This document shows, piece after piece, positions 59,875 through 64,000 of a stretch of 64,000 bases of DNA. Within the stretch, counting starts at the first letter, position 1; each line of letters starts with the position of its first letter. This DNA is from Eutreptiella sp. 'Long Island Sound 2002'. Its lineage: Eukaryota > Protista > Euglenida. The translations under genes were made by a program, and so were the position numbers. The stretch covers positions 44,020,001-44,084,000 of the forward strand of contig OZ038379.1 of the NCBI GenBank assembly GCA_964036045.1. Direction: 5' to 3'. The notes below the pieces were generated by a model, which made no database searches, was not told the DNA's origin, and saw only the letters and a list, made by a program, of their open reading frames with translations.

Positions 59875-62800
59875 ACCCCTCCGTGAATTGTTTACCCCCC
59901 TCCGTGAATTATTTGACCCCTCCGTGAATTATTTACCCCCCTCCGTGAATTATTTCACCCCTCCGTGAATTATTTCACCCCTCCGTGAATTATTTACCCC
60001 CTCCGTGAATTATTTACCCCCCTCCGTGAATTATTTTACCCCTCCGTGAATTGTTTACCCCCCTCCGTGAATTATTTTACCCCTCCGTGAATTATTTACC
60101 CCCCTCTGTGAATTATTTCACCCCTCCGTGAATTGTTTACCCCCCTCCGTGAATTATTTTACCCCTCCGTGAATTATTTATTCCCCTCCGTGAATTATTT
60201 GACCCCTCCGTGAATTATTTACCCCCCTCCGTGAATTATTTCACCCCTCCGTGAATGATTTCACCCCTCCGTGAATTGTTTACCCCCCTCCGTGAATTAT
60301 TTCACCCCTCCGTGAATTATTTACCCCCCTCCGTGAATTATTTTACCCATCCGTGAATTGTTTACCCCCCTCCGTGAATAGTTTACCCCCCTCCGTGAAT
60401 TATTTCACCCCTCCGTGAATTATTTACCCCCCTCCGTGAATTATTTCACCCCTCCGTGAATTGTTTACCCCCCTCCGTGAATTATTTTACCCCTCTGTGA
60501 ATTGTTTACCCCCCTCCGTGAATTATTTCACCCCTCCGTGAATCGTTTACCCCCCTCCGTGAATTATTTCACCCCTCCGTGAATTATTTACCCCCCTCCG
60601 TGAATTATTTTACCCCCCTCCGTGAATTGTTTACCCCCCTCCGTGAATTATTTGACCCCTCCGTGAATTGTTTACCCCCCTCCGTGAATTATTTTACCCC
60701 TCCGTGAATTATTTACCCCCTCCGTGAATTATTTCACCCCTCCGTGAATTATTTCACCCCTCCGTGAATTGTTTACCCCCCTCCGTGAATTATTTCACCC
60801 CTCCGTGAATTATTTACCCCCCTCCGTGAATTATTTTACCCCTCCGTGAATTGTTTACCCCCCTCCGTGAATTATTTCACCCCTCCGTGAATTATTTACC
60901 CCCCTCCGTGAATTATTTCACCCCTCCGTGAATTATTTACCCCCCTCCGTGAATTATTTGACCCCTCCGTGAATTGTTTACTCCCCTCCGTGAATTATTT
61001 CACCCCTCCGTGAATTATTTACCCCCCTCTGTGAATTATTTGACCCCTCCGTGAATTGTTTACCCCCCTCCGTGAATTATTTCACCCCTCCGTGAATTGT
61101 TTACCCCCCTCCGTGATTTATTTCACCCCTCCGTGAATTATTTACCCCCCTCCGTGAATCATTTTACCCCTCCGTGAATCGTTTACCCCCCTCCGTGAAT
61201 CATTTGACCCCTCCGTGAATTGTTTACCCCCCTCCGTGAATTATTTTACCCCTCCGTGAATTATTTACCCCCCTCCGTGAATTATTTGACCCCCCCGTGA
61301 ATAGTTTACCCCCCTCCGTGAATTATTTGACCCCTCCGTGAATTGTTTACCCCCCTCCGTGAATTATTTCACCCCTCCGTGAATTATTTCACCCCTCCGT
61401 GAATTATTTACCCCCCTCCGTGAATTATTTACCCCCCTCCGTGAATTATTTTACCCCTCCGTGAATTGTTTACCCCCCTCCGTGAATTATTTTACCCCTC
61501 CGTGAATTATTTACCCCCCTCCGTGAATTATTTCACCCCTCCGTGAATTGTTTACCCCCCTCCGTGAATTTTTTTACCCCTCCGTGAATTATTTATTCCC
61601 CTCCGTGAATTATTTCACCCCTCCGTGAATTATTTACCCCCCTCCGTGAATTATTTCACCCCTCCATGAATGATTTCACCCCTCCGTGAATTGTTTACCC
61701 CCCTCCGTGAATTATTTCACCCCTCCGTGAATTATTTACCCCCCTCCGTGAATTATTTCACCCCTCCGTGAATTGTTTACCCCCCTCCGTGAATTATTTT
61801 ACCCCTCCGTGAATTGTTTACCCCCCTCCGTGAATTATTTGACCCCTCCGTGAATTGTTTACCCCCCTCCGTGAATTATTTCACCCCTCCGTGAATTATT
61901 TACCCCCCTCCGTGAATTATTTTACCCCCCCGTGAATTGTTTACCCCCCTCCGTGAATTATTTTACCCATCCGTGAATTGTATACCCCCCTTCGTGAATA
62001 GTTTACCCCCCTCCGTGAATTATTTCACCCCTCCGTGAATTATTTACCCCCCTCCGTGAATTATTTTACCCCTCCGTGAATTGTTTACCCCCCTCCGTGA
62101 ATTATTTCACCCCTCCGTGAATTATTTACCCCCCTCCGTGAATTATTTCACCCCTCCGTGAATTGTTTACCCCCCTCCGTGAATTATTTTACCCCTCCGT
62201 GAATTGTTTACCCCCCTCCGTGAATTATTTGACCCCTCCGTGAATTGTTTACCCCCCTCCGTGAATTATTTCACCCCTCCGTGAATTATTTACCCCCCTC
62301 CGTGAATTATTTTACCCCCCCGTGAATTGTTTACCCCCCTCCGTGAATTATTTGACCCCTCCGTGAATTATTTACCCCCCTCCGTGAATTATTTCACCCC
62401 TCCGTGAATGATTTCACCCATCCGTGAATTGTTTACCCCCCTCCGTGAATTATTTCACCCCTCCGTGAATTATTTACCCCCCTCCGTGAATTATTTTACC
62501 CATCCGTGAATTGTTTACCCCCCTCCGTGAATAGTTTACCCCCCTCCGTGAATTATTTCACCCCTCCGTGAATTATTTACCCCCCTCCGTGAATTATTTC
62601 ACCCCTCCGTGAGTTGTTTACCCCCCTCCGTGAATTATTTTACCCCTCCGTGAATTGTTTACCCCCCTCCGTGAATTATTTCACCCCTCCGTGAATTGTT
62701 TACCCCCCTCCGTGAATTATTTCACCCCTCCGTGAATTATTTACCCCCCTCCGTGAATTATTTTACCCCCCCCCGTGAATTATTTACCCCCCTCCGTGAA

Positions 62801-64000
62801 TTATTTGACCCCTCCGTGAATTGTTTACCCCCCTCCGTGAATTATTTTACCCCTCCGTGAATTATTTACCCCCCCCGTGAATTATTTCACCCCTCCGTGA
62901 ATTATTTCACCCCTCCGTGAATTGTTTACCCCCCTCCGTGAATTATTTCACCCCTCCGTGAATTATTTACCCCCCTCCGTGAATTATTTTACCCCTCCGT
63001 GAATTGTTTACCCCCCTCCGTGAATTATTTCACCCCTCCGTGAATTATTTCCCCCCCTCCGTGAATTATTTCACCCCTCCGTGAATTATTTACCCCCCTC
63101 CGTGAATTATTTGACCCCTCCGTGAATTGTTTACTCCCCTCCGTGAATTATTTCAGCCCTCCGTGAATTATTTACCCCCCTCTGTGAATTATTTGACCCC
63201 TCCGTGAATTGTTTACCCCCCTCCGTGAATTATTTCACCCCTCCGTGAATTGTTTACCCCCCTCCGTGATTTATTTCACCCCTCCGTGAATTATTTACCC
63301 CCCTCCGTGAATCATTTTACCCCTCCGTGAATCGTTTACCCCCCTCCGTGAATCATTTGACCCCTCCGTGAATTGTTTACCCCCCTCCGTGAATTATTTT
63401 ACCCCTCCGTGAATTATTTACCCCCCTCCGTGAATTATTTGACCCCCCCGTGAATAGTTTACCCCCCTCCGTGAATTATTTGACCCCTCCGTGAATTGTT
63501 TACCCCCCTCCGTGAATTATTTCACCCCTCCGTGAATTATTTCACCCCTCCGTGAATTATTTACCCCCCTCCGTGAATTATTTACCCCCCTCCGTGAATT
63601 ATTTTACCCCTCCGTGAATTGTTTACCCCCCTCCGTGAATTATTTTACCCCTCCGTGAATTATTTACCCCCCTCCGTGAATTATTTCACCCCTCCGTGAA
63701 TTGTTTACCCCCCTCCGTGAATTATTTTACCCCTCCGTGAATTATTTATTCCCCTCCGTGAATTATTTCACCCCTCCGTGAATTATTTACCCCCCTCCGT
63801 GAATTATTTCACCCCTCCATGAATGATTTCACCCCTCCGTGAATTGTTTACCCCCCTCCGTGAATTACTTCACCCCTCCGTGAATTATTTACCCCCTCCG
63901 TGAATTATTTTACCCATCCGTGAATTGTATACCCCCCTCCGTGAATAGTTTACCCCCCTCCGTGAATTATTTCACCCCTCCGTGAATTATTTACCCCCCT
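59875..64000 (+). repeat. Satellite DNA, 20/21-bp monomers (~200 copies in the window), continuing off the edge
   Basis: CCCCTCCGTGAATT(A/G)TTT(C/T/G)A (20 bp) mostly alternates with CCCCCCTCCGTGAATT(A/G)TTTA (21 bp), giving a 41-bp dimer. Variant markers recur at a 2,153-bp period. Confidence 0.98.

Noticed and set aside
59875-64000. CRISPR array
   Set aside because: Monomers are contiguous with no unique spacers and there are no cas genes; this is satellite DNA.

Overview
Repeat-dense eukaryotic genomic DNA with GT-AG introns, long G/C homopolymers and no operons or CRISPR arrays; the taxon cannot be assigned from the sequence. Most of the window is transposable-element debris. It includes a decayed gag-like ORF, pogo and Ty3/Gypsy fragments, two hAT MITEs with intact 8-bp TSDs, several TA-flanked MITEs, and two unrelated RT+RNase H non-LTR elements. 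One of those non-LTR elements sits in a three-level nest: MITE inside LINE inside a DDE_Tnp_4 transposon. Host-type coding pieces are a canonical BIR domain, an ankyrin exon and a possible decayed SET gene. The window ends in a 4.1-kb 20/21-bp satellite with a 2,153-bp higher-order repeat. The most unusual feature is at ~13.7-19.3 kb, where every non-coding gap, including four 111-143-nt introns, is an array of one TAGCGCGCGCAA-type motif. That block holds a four-exon 817-codon low-complexity gene, a decayed Transib/RAG1-core-like DDE gene, and a head-to-head DUF6729/Dada-like transposase fragment. A second element at 39.9-41.4 kb appears to follow the same design with a CTAG-based motif. All protein family calls come from motif recognition by eye, not from database searches.
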